Shown: positions 10,347 through 20,411 of the stretch, in pieces
Numbering within the stretch: the stretch's first letter is position 1
Layout: each line of letters begins with the position of its first letter
Assembly: GCA_963837955.1 (NCBI GenBank)
Contig: CAWIPH010000002.1
Span: 3,488,001-3,552,000, forward strand
Source of the DNA: an uncultured Verrucomicrobiae bacterium
GTDB taxonomy: Bacteria; Verrucomicrobiota; Verrucomicrobiia; Chthoniobacterales; JAFAMB01
DNA: 64,000 bases
Reading direction: 5' to 3'
Position numbers and translations under genes: made by a program
The notes under the pieces: model-generated
What the model was told of the DNA's origin: nothing
The model's input: only the letters and a program-made list of their open reading frames with translations
Database searches by the model: none

Positions 10347-11645
10347 ATGAAATCAGGCTTGAGGCCGCCGGTTCTCCCCTTCCATTACGCGTGGGTCGTG
10401 GCCGCAGTCACATTTGTTACCCTTCTGCTCACTGCAGCGATTCGGGCAACGCCGAGCGTCCTTATTGTCCCTTTTGAAAACGAATTTCATTGGACTCCTG
10501 CTTCGATCTCTACCGTTATCTCGGTAAATCTCGTGCTTTACGGCTTGATCGGGCCGTTCGCAGCGGGATTGATCCAGCGGTTCGGTCCGCGCAAGATCAT
10601 GGTCGCTTCTCTTGCGCTCCTGGGCATCGGCGTCGCTTTGACCCCCTTTGTCACCCGCCTCGAACAACTGCTCTTGCTATGGGGAGTAGTAGTGGGAGTC
10701 GGAACAGGAATGAGCGCCATCGTTCTTGGCGCGACGGTCGTCCATCGCTGGTTCGATCGTTATCGTGGCGTAGTTCTGGGTGTACTGAGCGCGAGCACCG
10801 CAACTGGCCAACTTCTTTTTTTGCCGTTGCTCGCTAACCTGACCGTCCAGCACGGCTGGCGCGTTGCGATCTGGGCAATCGCGGCCGTGATCGCGTTAGC
10901 GATCCCATTCGTCGCGCTCTTTATGCGGGATACACCGCATCACCTAGGGCTTCGCCGGTTGGGTAGCGATCACGATGAAGCCGAATCAGCAACGGAGAAT
11001 CCAATCATCGCGGCCTTGCGTGCTTTGTCTGACGCGACGCGAAGTCCCGCTTTCTGGTTATTGGCCGGGAGTTTTTTCGTATGTGGCGCAAGTACCAACG
11101 GACTGATCGGAACTCATTTGATTCCAGCCTGCGTCGATCACGGGTTCTCGGAGGTACATGGGGCAAATCTTTTGGCTGCAATGGGAATCTGTGATCTCAT
11201 CGGCACAACTCTATCTGGCTGGCTGTCCGACCGATTTAGTAATCGCTGGCTTCTTTTCTTTTACTACGGCCTGCGCGGTCTTTCACTGCTCCTCCTGCCC
11301 TGGTCATTCGATCTTCAGTCGTTCAAATTGCCCCTCTTCGCAGTCTTTTACGGCCTAGACTGGATCGCGACGGTACCTCCTACGGTAGCGCTGACCGCTC
11401 AGATATTCGGTCGCGATCGAGTCGGACTCGTTTTCGGGTGGATTTTTGCGGCTCACCAGCTCGGCGCCGCGGCAGCCGCAAGTATGGCCGGTATGCTCAG
11501 GACGGTCGAAGGGACCTACGACCACGCCTTCCTGATCTCTGGCAACCTCTGCATCATCGCGGCGGTGTCGATTCTTTTTACCGGTGCCCAACGCAAACGA
11601 GCCATCAGTGCAAGCGAGTTGGGATCCCTGCCGGTTAGCAGTTAG
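10347..11645 (+). CDS. MFS transporter
   Basis: 12 hydrophobic segments, LIQRFGPRK and GWLSDRF MFS motifs. Confidence 0.9.
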   Translation: MKSGLRPPVLPFHYAWVVAAVTFVTLLLTAAIRATPSVLIVPFENEFHWTPASISTVISVNLVLYGLIGPFAAGLIQRFGPRKIMVASLALLGIGVALTPFVTRLEQLLLLWGVVVGVGTGMSAIVLGATVVHRWFDRYRGVVLGVLSASTATGQLLFLPLLANLTVQHGWRVAIWAIAAVIALAIPFVALFMRDTPHHLGLRRLGSDHDEAESATENPIIAALRALSDATRSPAFWLLAGSFFVCGASTNGLIGTHLIPACVDHGFSEVHGANLLAAMGICDLIGTTLSGWLSDRFSNRWLLFFYYGLRGLSLLLLPWSFDLQSFKLPLFAVFYGLDWIATVPPTVALTAQIFGRDRVGLVFGWIFAAHQLGAAAAASMAGMLRTVEGTYDHAFLISGNLCIIAAVSILFTGAQRKRAISASELGSLPVSS

Positions 11646-11690
11646 CCCGTTGGCCTCACCTCGCAGCCTCGCGATCGCTACGAAGCATCA

Positions 11691-11740
11691 CGCTTACCGC
11701 TTACCGCTTACCGCTTACCGCTTACCGATTACTGATTACT
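11691..11740. repeat. Heptamer tandem array (CGCTTAC)x5 plus degenerate copies
   Basis: Direct reading, between convergent genes. Confidence 0.9.
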
Positions 11741-11751
11741 TGCCGCTCAGG

Positions 11752-13125
11752 CTACTTCTCCGCCGCAGCTTCTTCCTCTTCCTCCTCGTCTTCCGGAAGG
11801 GTGACCATCCCGGTATTCGCATTGAAATCCATCAAACCGGCGTACCGCCCCCAGGCAATCATCGTTTGCAGAATTTTTTCCGCGTTCTCGTACGGGAGCG
11901 CAGTAGCTATATCGTGCGTTACGGTTTCGGCCGGCACTTCTTCCTGGGTTTCGAGATAGGCCAGAATGATGTGGAACAAACGCAGTTTTCGCACCTGTTC
12001 AGCGAAAATCGTTTGGCGCGTTTCCCGGTCAGACTGGAAAAATCTTCGGCCCAATTCGGTGAATTGAACCTCATCCTTCGGCGTATTGACGAACTCGAGG
12101 ATTTCGGCCGCTTTAACGATGGCGATCGTTTCGCCGAAGTCTTTGCCGATCTCGTTCGAGATATCGTAAACGTTGTTCAGGTCGGGCTCGTCGTGGAGAA
12201 TGCTGAGCAAGCCGAGAATTTGACTGACACCAACGGTTGGAATCGATTCCATTCGACTGCGCGCACGGGAGACCGGACGCCCCGGTGCCGGAGCCGGTTC
12301 CGGCGGCAAATCTGGTAAAGCCTGCTGCGTAATCGATTCGTGAATAACTCGCATAAGCCTTTGAAATTCCGGGTGGTTCGGATTGCGTGGGTACGGCAGG
12401 TTGTTCTCTAAAACCAGTCCGAGGCGGCCCGGATGCGGAAACAGAACGCAGATGCGTGTCGCCATCTCCACTGCTTCCTCAATGTTATGGGTCACCATGA
12501 AAATGCTCTTCAACCCGGTACCTTCGCCCTGCCACAACCCGACAACTTCCTTGCGGAGGTTCTCGGCGGTCAGTACGTCCAGCGCGCTGAATGCTTCATC
12601 CAGGCAGAGAATCTTGGGCTTAGCTACGAGGGCTCGTGCGATCCCGACGCGCTGCCTCATCCCGCCGGAGATTTCACGTGGAAATGCCGAATGATAGTTA
12701 TTCAGACCGATGAGATCGATCGCCTTTTCCACCGCCTCAGCTCTCTCGGCCCGAGTCATCCTCTGGGCCATCAAACCGACGCTTACGTTTTGTTCTACGG
12801 TGAGCCACGGGTAGAGGGCAAATGTCTGGAAGACGATCGAGGCGTTCGGATTAATTCCCTCGAGCGGCTTTCCGTAACAGAGTACTCGCCCGGAGGTCGG
12901 TTTGGTGAGGCCGGTAAGACAACGTAACAAGGTCGATTTACCGGACCCCGATTGACCAAGCAGCGCCAGTAGCTCGCCTTCGTGAATCGCCAGATCGATC
13001 TGATCCAGGACCTTGAGCTCTCGGCCGTGTTCGACGACAAAAGACTTCGAAATGTTGCGAAGTTCGGCAACGGCGGGGGCATCAGTCCCGGCCGCTTTGG
13101 GGGATGAGATGAGCTCGGTTGACAT
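11752..13125 (-). CDS. NitT/TauT-type ABC ATP-binding protein with C-terminal AAA-associated domain
   Basis: GQSGSGKS, ISGGMRQR, CLDEAFSALD; extra C-terminal domain ending IAWGRYAGL. Confidence 0.85.
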   Translation of the reverse strand: MSTELISSPKAAGTDAPAVAELRNISKSFVVEHGRELKVLDQIDLAIHEGELLALLGQSGSGKSTLLRCLTGLTKPTSGRVLCYGKPLEGINPNASIVFQTFALYPWLTVEQNVSVGLMAQRMTRAERAEAVEKAIDLIGLNNYHSAFPREISGGMRQRVGIARALVAKPKILCLDEAFSALDVLTAENLRKEVVGLWQGEGTGLKSIFMVTHNIEEAVEMATRICVLFPHPGRLGLVLENNLPYPRNPNHPEFQRLMRVIHESITQQALPDLPPEPAPAPGRPVSRARSRMESIPTVGVSQILGLLSILHDEPDLNNVYDISNEIGKDFGETIAIVKAAEILEFVNTPKDEVQFTELGRRFFQSDRETRQTIFAEQVRKLRLFHIILAYLETQEEVPAETVTHDIATALPYENAEKILQTMIAWGRYAGLMDFNANTGMVTLPEDEEEEEEAAAEK

Positions 13126-13130
13126 GGGAA

Positions 13131-14894
13131 TTAGTCCAAATGAAAGCGATGCTCAGCGTAACTATATAATCGTCGCCACACTAGCTTGTTAATGACAACT
13201 ACAAAAAGCGCCATGATCGCGGTTCCGCAGATCAAAGCCGGTATCCCAGCACCCCCTTCCTGAGAGCTCACTTCCGAGATGAAAGCTCCCAGCCCGGTTG
13301 CTTTCAATGTCTTATCTCCCCAAGTAGCGATTTCGGCCAAGATAGTCGCGTTCCACGCCCCGCCTGCCGCTGTGCAGGCGCCTGTGATCCAGAACGGGAA
13401 GATCGCTGGTAGAATCAATGTTTTCCAAAGCGGCCATCCGCGCAGTCCAAAGTTTTTCGCCGCCTCCTTTAGATCGTTTGGGATCGACATAGCGCCTGCG
13501 ATCACATTGAACAAGATGTACCACTGGGCACCCATGGCGATTAGCAAAATGCAGCCCCAATTCATGTCGATGTTGTAACGGACAAACAGCCCCACCACTA
13601 AAGGGAAGGTCATATTTACCGGGAACGAGGCGAATATTTGCACAAGCGGCTGAGCAAACTGGGCCACGCGTTGCCTCGAACCAATCCAAACGCCGATCGG
13701 TGTCCAGATAAGGGTCGCCAGAACAGTCACCGCTAACACTCTCAGCAGCGTCACAAATCCGAGGCCGACAATCTTCAAAATTTCGCTGAGGGGAATATGC
13801 TGGTAGACGGCGTAAAACCCTGCCATGACACCGAGAACAACTTCATAGAGAAGTCCTAACAGCACCACAACTCCAATGGCCTGCCAGACATACTTGCCAA
13901 TCTTGCTCGGCTTCGTTTGGACCTCACCTCGCCGCGCGGCCAGCTTCATCTGAAGGTCGGCATAGATCGCGCTAATAGGGATCAGCACCTGTTCCCGCAC
14001 CCATTCAAAGATGTAAGCTCGCCGCAGCAAACTATAAAACCAGGAAGTCGGAGGATGGGCTGATTCCGTCAGTTCCATTTTGAACTTGTCCGCCCAGACC
14101 AGTAGCGGACGCCAGACGAGTTGATCGGTCGCCAAAATAACGGCGAGCATCGCAGCGATCGCCCAAAACGCCGCCCAGTTATCCCCTTTGCTGACCGCGG
14201 TCGCCATAAAGGAACCCAATCCAGGCAGCTGAATATTCTTGCCCAGCACGGTGATTGCTTCGCTGGCGCTCACGGCAAACCACCCGGCGCCGAACGACAT
14301 CATGCAATTCCAGATGAGGCTATGCATCGAAGCTGGTACTTCGAGCGTTTGAAAACGCTGGACGGCAGTGAGGCGGTAATTCGTCGCGGCTTCATGTAGA
14401 TCCTGGGGAATGGTTACCATCGAGTGGTAGAATCCAAACGTCATGTTCCAGACCTGAGCAGTAAAGACCGTTACGACGCTCGCGCACTCCGCTCCGAGTA
14501 AGCTTCCGGGAAAAAGTGAAACGAAAAAAGTAAAAAAGATCGTCAGAAAACTGAGCACCGGAATGGACTGCATGATGTCCAGGAACGGGAGGATTATCGC
14601 GCGGGCGATTCTGTTCTTCGCTGCGGCATACCCTATGATGAAGGTGAAGATCAGCGAGAAGCCGAACGCAATCCACATTCGGATTAAGGTCCGGCCAATG
14701 TAATACGGAATATGCCGGATATGGGTCGATATCGGTAGTGATTGCGACGTCGCATCGAAATGGACCATCATCCCGGCTCCAAACTGGAGGATGCTCCAGA
14801 GCAAGCCTAAAACGCCGACAAAAATCAGCAAATCGACCCAATTAAATGAGCGTTTGCCATCAGCGGCACTGAGCTGAGTAGCGGTCGATTTCAT
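13131..14894 (-). CDS. NitT/TauT-type ABC permease (two fused BPD_transp_1 domains)
   Basis: LDIMQSIPVLSF and two EAA-like loops (DLHEAA, DLKEAA). Confidence 0.85.
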   Translation of the reverse strand: MKSTATQLSAADGKRSFNWVDLLIFVGVLGLLWSILQFGAGMMVHFDATSQSLPISTHIRHIPYYIGRTLIRMWIAFGFSLIFTFIIGYAAAKNRIARAIILPFLDIMQSIPVLSFLTIFFTFFVSLFPGSLLGAECASVVTVFTAQVWNMTFGFYHSMVTIPQDLHEAATNYRLTAVQRFQTLEVPASMHSLIWNCMMSFGAGWFAVSASEAITVLGKNIQLPGLGSFMATAVSKGDNWAAFWAIAAMLAVILATDQLVWRPLLVWADKFKMELTESAHPPTSWFYSLLRRAYIFEWVREQVLIPISAIYADLQMKLAARRGEVQTKPSKIGKYVWQAIGVVVLLGLLYEVVLGVMAGFYAVYQHIPLSEILKIVGLGFVTLLRVLAVTVLATLIWTPIGVWIGSRQRVAQFAQPLVQIFASFPVNMTFPLVVGLFVRYNIDMNWGCILLIAMGAQWYILFNVIAGAMSIPNDLKEAAKNFGLRGWPLWKTLILPAIFPFWITGACTAAGGAWNATILAEIATWGDKTLKATGLGAFISEVSSQEGGAGIPALICGTAIMALFVVVINKLVWRRLYSYAEHRFHLD

Positions 14895-14942
14895 CCGCGT
14901 GCTTTATCGCCCATCGGGAAAAGGAGTTCAAGGAAGACGCAC

Positions 14943-15148
14943 TTCGGCGTTCGGCGTTTGGCGTTCGGCGTTCGGCGTTTGGCGCTCGGCGTTTGGCGCT
15001 CGGCGTTTGGCGTTTGGCGTTTGGCGCTCGGCGTTTGGCGCTCGGTGTTTGGCGCTCGGCGTTTGGCGCTCGGCGTTTGGCGCTCGGCGTTTAGCGTTCG
15101 GCGTTCCCGGCGTTCCCGGCGTTGCCGGCGTTGTCGGCGTTGTCGGCG
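14943..15148. repeat. GGCG-core tandem array: 23 heptamers (TTC/TTT/CTC-GGCG) then 5 nonamers (TTNNCGGCG)
   Basis: Direct reading; fills the spacer between the anti-sigma and permease genes. Confidence 0.95.
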
Positions 15149-15155
15149 TTCTCCT

Positions 15156-15842
15156 CTACTCCCCGCCCACGAGCACGATCTGCCCGCGAGGGACGGTAGA
15201 TCCACCGGCCGGCTCGATGCTTACCGCGAATTTCGGAGTTGCTCCGATCGGTTTAGTCGGCTGGATCGTCACGCGGCGCTCTTGGTCGATGGTTTTCGGT
15301 ACCAGCCCGGCAGCCACCGGTTGCGGCTGTTTCGGATCAAGCACCCACATCTCATAATCCTGGTTGGCAGGCAAAGCAGGCAAACGTTCGAACTGTAATA
15401 CGCCGCTTTGTCCGTCCGGATTCCAGACCACAATCGCGGATGTTTTTGCGTACGCATCAACCTGCGACTGCAACGCTGCGATCTGAATCCGAGAGAGCAG
15501 GTCGCGCCGTTCCAGAGCTGCAATCTCGCTTCGGGATCGCGTCCACATCATTGCCAGAATCATGCAACCAATGGCCAGACAAGCGGCCAAGGCCCACGGG
15601 AGGAACGGAAACGCCACGACCTTTCGGCCTTCTTTTCTCAAGATCTTTTGCGGGATCGACGGTGGCGGTGGCAGGGAGGCCACTCCGCCGCCGATCAGGC
15701 CAAGCGTCTCTACCATTTCACGGGTAAAGATCCTGAGCTCAAAGTCCCGACTAAGTTCCTGCTCGAACAAGGCGGTATCCGTAGTGGATAATTCTCCCAG
15801 CAAGTAGTCGATTGCCTGTTGCTGTTTCTCCTCGGCGATCAT
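15156..15842 (-). CDS. RskA-like anti-sigma factor
   Basis: DYLLGEL N-terminus, TM WALAACLAI, C-terminal DYEMW...FAVSIEPAGGS..PRG. Confidence 0.85.
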   Translation of the reverse strand: MIAEEKQQQAIDYLLGELSTTDTALFEQELSRDFELRIFTREMVETLGLIGGGVASLPPPPSIPQKILRKEGRKVVAFPFLPWALAACLAIGCMILAMMWTRSRSEIAALERRDLLSRIQIAALQSQVDAYAKTSAIVVWNPDGQSGVLQFERLPALPANQDYEMWVLDPKQPQPVAAGLVPKTIDQERRVTIQPTKPIGATPKFAVSIEPAGGSTVPRGQIVLVGGE

Positions 15843-16408
15843 ACCTCTCCCTCCTCAAAGAGGTCGCGCAGTCGAATCAATCCTCGTCGAATGCGGGCCT
15901 TAATAGTACCGAGTGGAATACCGAGCCGCTCGGCTATCTGCTCGTGGGTCAATCCAGAAAAGAAAGACAACCGAACCGCTTCGCGCTGCTCGGGAGCTAA
16001 TTGGGTCAAAGCTTCGCGCACTTTTGCGTTGCGTTCGCGGAAAAGGGGCTCTTGCGCAGAAACATCATCTTGTTCCGCAAAAAGTTCGGCTTCGCTGGTT
16101 ACCTTCTCGCGCAGCCGTTCGCCCCGCTGACGAGACCGCAGTTTATCGATCGCTTTGTTCCGCACGATCATCACCGCCCAAGCATACGCGCTGCTGCGAG
16201 TTGGATCGTAACTGTCGGCTCTTCGCCAAATATAGGTAAAACCTTCTTGTAAGACGTCCTCCGCTTCTTTGGCGTCGTTCATCATTCGGAACGCCATCCC
16301 ATAGAGGGCAGGAGCCAAGCGGCTATAGAGAATGCTGAACGCAGCTTCGTCCCCGTTCGCCGCTAGCTTGACCAAATCAGCGTTATATTGATTTTCGAAT
16401 TCGTCCAC
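15839..16408 (-). CDS. ECF sigma factor (SigK-like)
   Basis: GDEAAFSILY, AEDVLQE, region 4 GLTHEQIAERLGIPLGTIKARIRRGL; start GTG 16408 inferred. Confidence 0.9.
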   Translation of the reverse strand: MDEFENQYNADLVKLAANGDEAAFSILYSRLAPALYGMAFRMMNDAKEAEDVLQEGFTYIWRRADSYDPTRSSAYAWAVMIVRNKAIDKLRSRQRGERLREKVTSEAELFAEQDDVSAQEPLFRERNAKVREALTQLAPEQREAVRLSFFSGLTHEQIAERLGIPLGTIKARIRRGLIRLRDLFEEGEV

Positions 16409-16975
16409 TCGGCGCAGGCAAACCTTTGTTCGTGCGAGCCGACCATCATCGAAGGAGCAAACGAATTTTGTCAAAGAGTTTTCTATCACGCGGTATTTTT
16501 CCTGCCGGCGTCTCCGGCTTGAGAGCTGGATTAGGCGTTCCCCTTTTAGTATAGGAGCCCGGTGGAGCACCGGGCTCCCGTCCCTAATGATGCTTCCGGC
16601 TAGGAGCACTCAAAAAAATTGTCAGGCAAGCAGCGGTACCGAAAAACGTGAATCACTTTCAACAAAACACTCATCGATGGCAGGTCATAGCAACGGTATC
16701 AAACCCAGCAACTCCAGCGGAAACCGTCTCGCCAGGGTCTTTCTACTACATGCGCAAAACTCCTAGGATCGGATGCATCGACCCTCGGTTGGGACAAGCG
16801 CAGATCGAAAACGGTCCACGATAAATGAGGACGGATTCGTGGTCTCGAGTCCTCGTTACGCGCTGATTGTCGCTTGGGAAAGAAGCATTTCCCGTTGCTA
16901 GATCATGACACAAAAATTCGCGAAATCGGAAATAGCACTCTTCCCTCGCTGCGGGCCATCAATGCATTATCGATC

Positions 16976-17395
16976 TCAGGGCCACGCCAACACCACCGCT
17001 CCGGAAACGATCAGTGATGCGCCGATCGCGCTCCGCACACTCAGCCGTTCCCCCAGAAAAGTGATGGCGAGAAGCATCGCGGCTACCACACTCAGTTTGT
17101 CAATTGGCGCCACCTTTGCCACGTCACCGAGCTGCAAAGCCCGAAAATAACAGAGCCACGAAAACCCGGTTGCCACTCCGGAAAGCACCAGAAAAATCCA
17201 AGTCTGTTTGGAGACTCCTGCCAGATCGCTCACTCCACCAGTCCCAAATGCGATCGCCCAGGTGAAGATAAGGATAACCGTTGTGCGAATTGCTGTCGCG
17301 AGATTCGAATTAATTGTCGTTACACCAACTTTGGCCAAGACCGCCGTAAGTCCGGCGAACACTGCTGATAAAAGTGCCCAGATGAACCATCGCAT
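16976..17395 (-). CDS. EamA-family transporter (single domain)
   Basis: ALLSAVFAGLTAVLAKVG...SWLCYFRALQLGDVAKVAPIDKLS. Confidence 0.9.
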   Translation of the reverse strand: MRWFIWALLSAVFAGLTAVLAKVGVTTINSNLATAIRTTVILIFTWAIAFGTGGVSDLAGVSKQTWIFLVLSGVATGFSWLCYFRALQLGDVAKVAPIDKLSVVAAMLLAITFLGERLSVRSAIGASLIVSGAVVLAWP

Positions 17396-17551
17396 CCGGC
17401 ACAATCGCGAAAAAACTGGGGAATGCCAGAAGCGGGGTAAGCGCCGGGAACTGTTCGGAAGCGCCTCGTGGTGAAGCAGCTCGCAGTTAGCGCTAGTTAT
17501 CGGCGTACCGCGAAACGACGCCCATGATCGGTAGGGCGAAAGCTTGGCGCG

Positions 17552-17609
17552 GTATCAGCCGCACCGGCTTGAGCCGTTCTGTATCAGCCGCACCGGCTTG
17601 AGCCGTTCT
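17552..17609. repeat. Perfect 29-bp tandem duplication
   Basis: GTATCAGCCGCACCGGCTTGAGCCGTTCT x2 with no spacer. Confidence 0.9.
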
Positions 17610-17629
17610 TTGTGTTGCCCCGTACTGGA

Positions 17630-17920
17630 TCACCTATCCTCGAACCTCGGAGCCAGCGACATGATCTCCCGAAGGAACATACTTTCATAACGAGGGATCT
17701 TTTCCCATTCGCCTAACACCCTCGACCGGAATTCCGGGTGCTCCGCCCAATGCTCCTCACTCACGGAAAAATAGTTAATGGGCAAAATCATCTTCTTTGG
17801 CCCAGGCCAGTGTCGCTCGAGGGTCATGAGGTAACGTCGCGACGATGAGATTTTCCCAACAGCGATTACCGAACGCACACGATTGAGTTCCAAGTGATGG
17901 TCAACATCTCTGCGACCCTC
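17630..17920 (-). pseudogene. C-terminal remnant of YdcF/DUF218-like protein
   Basis: VRSVIAVGKISSSRRYLMTLERHWP...HPEFRSRVLGEWEKIPRY resembles YdcF C-termini; no N-terminal half before the REP-like unit at 17941. Confidence 0.55.
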
Positions 17921-17940
17921 GGAAAGGTTGATCCGATAAA

Positions 17941-17970
17941 CGCAGCCCGCGAGGACGCGGGCCCTCCCGC
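17941..17970. repeat. REP-like palindrome (GGGAGGGC-stem-GTCCTCG family)
   Basis: GCCCGCGAGGACGCGGGCCCTCCC, related to copies at 24506, 26842 and 61009. Confidence 0.65.
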
Positions 17971-18030
17971 TTTGAAGTCCTCCTTCAAATCTTGCACCTC
18001 GCCCTGCTCCATGTAACGCTCTCCACCCGA

Positions 18031-19848
18031 ATGGCCGCGCGGAAGCATGATTACGACGAAAGCAAAATAAAGACGCTTTCTTCCCTGGAACACATCCGTC
18101 TTCGGACCGGAATGTACATCGGCCGTCTGGGCGACGGCGCCCACTATGATGACGGTATCTATGTGCTGCTGAAAGAGGTGGTCGATAATGCGGTCGATGA
18201 ATACATCATGGGTTTCGGGAAAGAGATTGATGTGTCGATCCAAAAAGAGACGGTCCGGGTTCGCGATTACGGACGAGGAATTCCTTTGGGCAAGGTGATC
18301 GAATGCGTGTCCCGGATTAATACGGGCGCTAAATATAACGACGACGTTTTCCAATTCAGCGTCGGATTAAACGGGGTGGGTACTAAAGCGGTGAATGCTC
18401 TGGCTTCTCGATTCACCGTCGTGAGCTATCGGGATAGACAATTCTTCCAAGCGGACTTTGCCCGTGGCGTCCTAGACTCGCAGAAAAAAGGAAAACAGAC
18501 CCAGCCGGACGGGACCGAAATCGTCTTTGAACCGGATCGTTCCATCTTCAAAGAGTTCCGATTTCGCGAAGAACACGTCGGACGCAGGCTACGTCTCTAC
18601 ACCTATCTCAATGCCGGGCTCAAGATCCAATACAACGGGACCACCTACACCTCGGCCAATGGCTTAAAGGATCTCCTGGAAGAAGAAGTAGGGGACGAAG
18701 CGATTTACCCAGTCCTTCATCACCGGGAAAAAACGATCGAGATTGCATTCACGCACACCAACCGATTGTCCGAGGACCACTATTCGTTCGTCAACGGACA
18801 ATACACTACTGATGGAGGAACCCACCTCAGTGCTTTTCGTGAAGGGATTCTGAAAGCGATTAACGATTTTGCCCAAGCGAAGTTTGACGGAGACGATGTC
18901 CGCGAAGGTTTGGTTGGCGCCGTATCTATTCGGCTGAAGGATCCGGTCTTTGAGTCGCAGACCAAAAACAAGCTCGGCAATACCGAAATTCGGACGGAGC
19001 TGGTCGCGCGTGTCCGCGAGCTGGTGGCAACGCTCCTCCACCGCAACAGTGAAGCAGCCGAACGGCTGGTAGCCAAGATTCAAGAGACGCAACGCGTCAG
19101 AAAAGAATTGCAGGATGTCCGAAAACTCGCGCGTGAACGCTCCGCGGCCATCTCGTTGCGAATACCTCAGCTGAAAGATTGCAAAGTTCATCTTAATCTC
19201 GAGAAGGCCAACGGTCGTGAATCGATGATCTTTATCACGGAGGGGCAGTCGGCGGCGGGATCAATCACTAGTTGCCGCGATCCGAATACTCAAGCTGTCT
19301 TCACGTTGAAAGGAAAACCACTCAACGTTTGGGATCTCAACCGCACGATTGTCTACAAAAACGACGAGATCTTCAATTTGATGCGCACGCTAAACGTAGA
19401 AGAGAACGTACGGAATCTGCGCTACGGCAAAGTTATTTTGGCCACGGATGCTGACGTCGACGGTTTACATATTCGCAATCTTTTGATCACCTGTTTTCTT
19501 CGATTTTTCCCGGACATCATCACCCATAACTACGTCTATATCCTGGAGACCCCGCTGTTCCGGGTGCGCGATAAAAAGCGGACCGTTTACTGCTACTCAG
19601 AAAAGGAACGGAATGAGGCCATGCAACAAATCCGGAATCACGAGGTGACCCGGTTCAAAGGTCTCGGCGAAATCTCGCCTTCCGAATTCAAAAACTTTAT
19701 CGGTTCAGAAATGCGCCTGACTCCGGTCACCGTTGATGACGGACACGCCGTTCAACCGCTCCTGCAGTTTTATATGGGCAAGAACACTCCCCAGCGCCGG
19801 GAATACATTATGGATAATCTCGTCGTCGAAGAACCGGTAAGCGGCTGA
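18031..19848 (+). CDS. parE: DNA topoisomerase IV subunit B
   Basis: EHIRLRTGMYIG, EVVDNAVDE, GLNGVG, TEGQSA, TDADVDG, RFKGLGE; short (about 605 aa). Confidence 0.9.
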   Translation: MAARKHDYDESKIKTLSSLEHIRLRTGMYIGRLGDGAHYDDGIYVLLKEVVDNAVDEYIMGFGKEIDVSIQKETVRVRDYGRGIPLGKVIECVSRINTGAKYNDDVFQFSVGLNGVGTKAVNALASRFTVVSYRDRQFFQADFARGVLDSQKKGKQTQPDGTEIVFEPDRSIFKEFRFREEHVGRRLRLYTYLNAGLKIQYNGTTYTSANGLKDLLEEEVGDEAIYPVLHHREKTIEIAFTHTNRLSEDHYSFVNGQYTTDGGTHLSAFREGILKAINDFAQAKFDGDDVREGLVGAVSIRLKDPVFESQTKNKLGNTEIRTELVARVRELVATLLHRNSEAAERLVAKIQETQRVRKELQDVRKLARERSAAISLRIPQLKDCKVHLNLEKANGRESMIFITEGQSAAGSITSCRDPNTQAVFTLKGKPLNVWDLNRTIVYKNDEIFNLMRTLNVEENVRNLRYGKVILATDADVDGLHIRNLLITCFLRFFPDIITHNYVYILETPLFRVRDKKRTVYCYSEKERNEAMQQIRNHEVTRFKGLGEISPSEFKNFIGSEMRLTPVTVDDGHAVQPLLQFYMGKNTPQRREYIMDNLVVEEPVSG

Positions 19849-20399
19849 AGACCTGAAATCTCACACAAAGACGCAAGAAAAATCTCACGCAAAGACGCCA
19901 AGGCGCAAAGATGAATAGAGTGGAATTTGGAATTTGGAATTTAGGCGACGGGAAACGGTAGGCGCGACTGTCCGATTAGGTCCAGCGTTCGATAGTTCGG
20001 GGCGCTGGCGCAGCGCGACTACTTGCGCCTAATCACAAAACACAGTCGCCATGCGCATGTGAGGCGGTAGCGATTGCGCTCTATGTTTAGGCTCACCTGA
20101 TGCCCTTGCCCGAACGCCAGAAATCGCACGCGTTCGACCTAATCGGACAGTCGCCGCTTGTACCGAATCTCGTTCCCCGTCTTCCGAATCTCCTATTCCT
20201 TTGCGTCTTGGCGTCTTTGCGTGAGATTTCAGGTCTTCAACCCCTACCGTTCCCATCTCCTAAATTCCAAATTCCAAATTCTCTATTCTTCTTTGCGCCT
20301 TGGCGTCTTTGCGTGAGATTTTTCCGTATGCGTCTTTGCGTGAGATTTTTTCTGTATTCTGCATTCCACCCTATTCTCCTGCGCGTTTTTGCGTGAGTT
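19846..20399. repeat. Nested inverted-repeat cassette in parE-parC spacer
   Basis: TCTCACGCAAAGACGCCAAGGCGCAAAG and (GGAATTT)x3 on the left, reverse complements on the right; inner IR GCGACTGTCCGATTAGGTC near 19964 and 20136. Confidence 0.9.
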
Positions 20400-20411
20400 T
20401 CTCTAGTACCC

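Noticed and set aside
14891..15398. ORFs such as MLYRPS...AFGVWRS and MAFGVRRLALGV...
   Set aside because: Translations of the GGCG heptamer array; they overlap the anti-sigma gene
16409..16609. 67-aa N-terminal extension of the SigK-like sigma
   Set aside because: No domain-like character; most likely an over-extended start call
17552..17609. 29-bp repeat as a mini CRISPR
   Set aside because: Two copies, no spacer, no cas genes in the window
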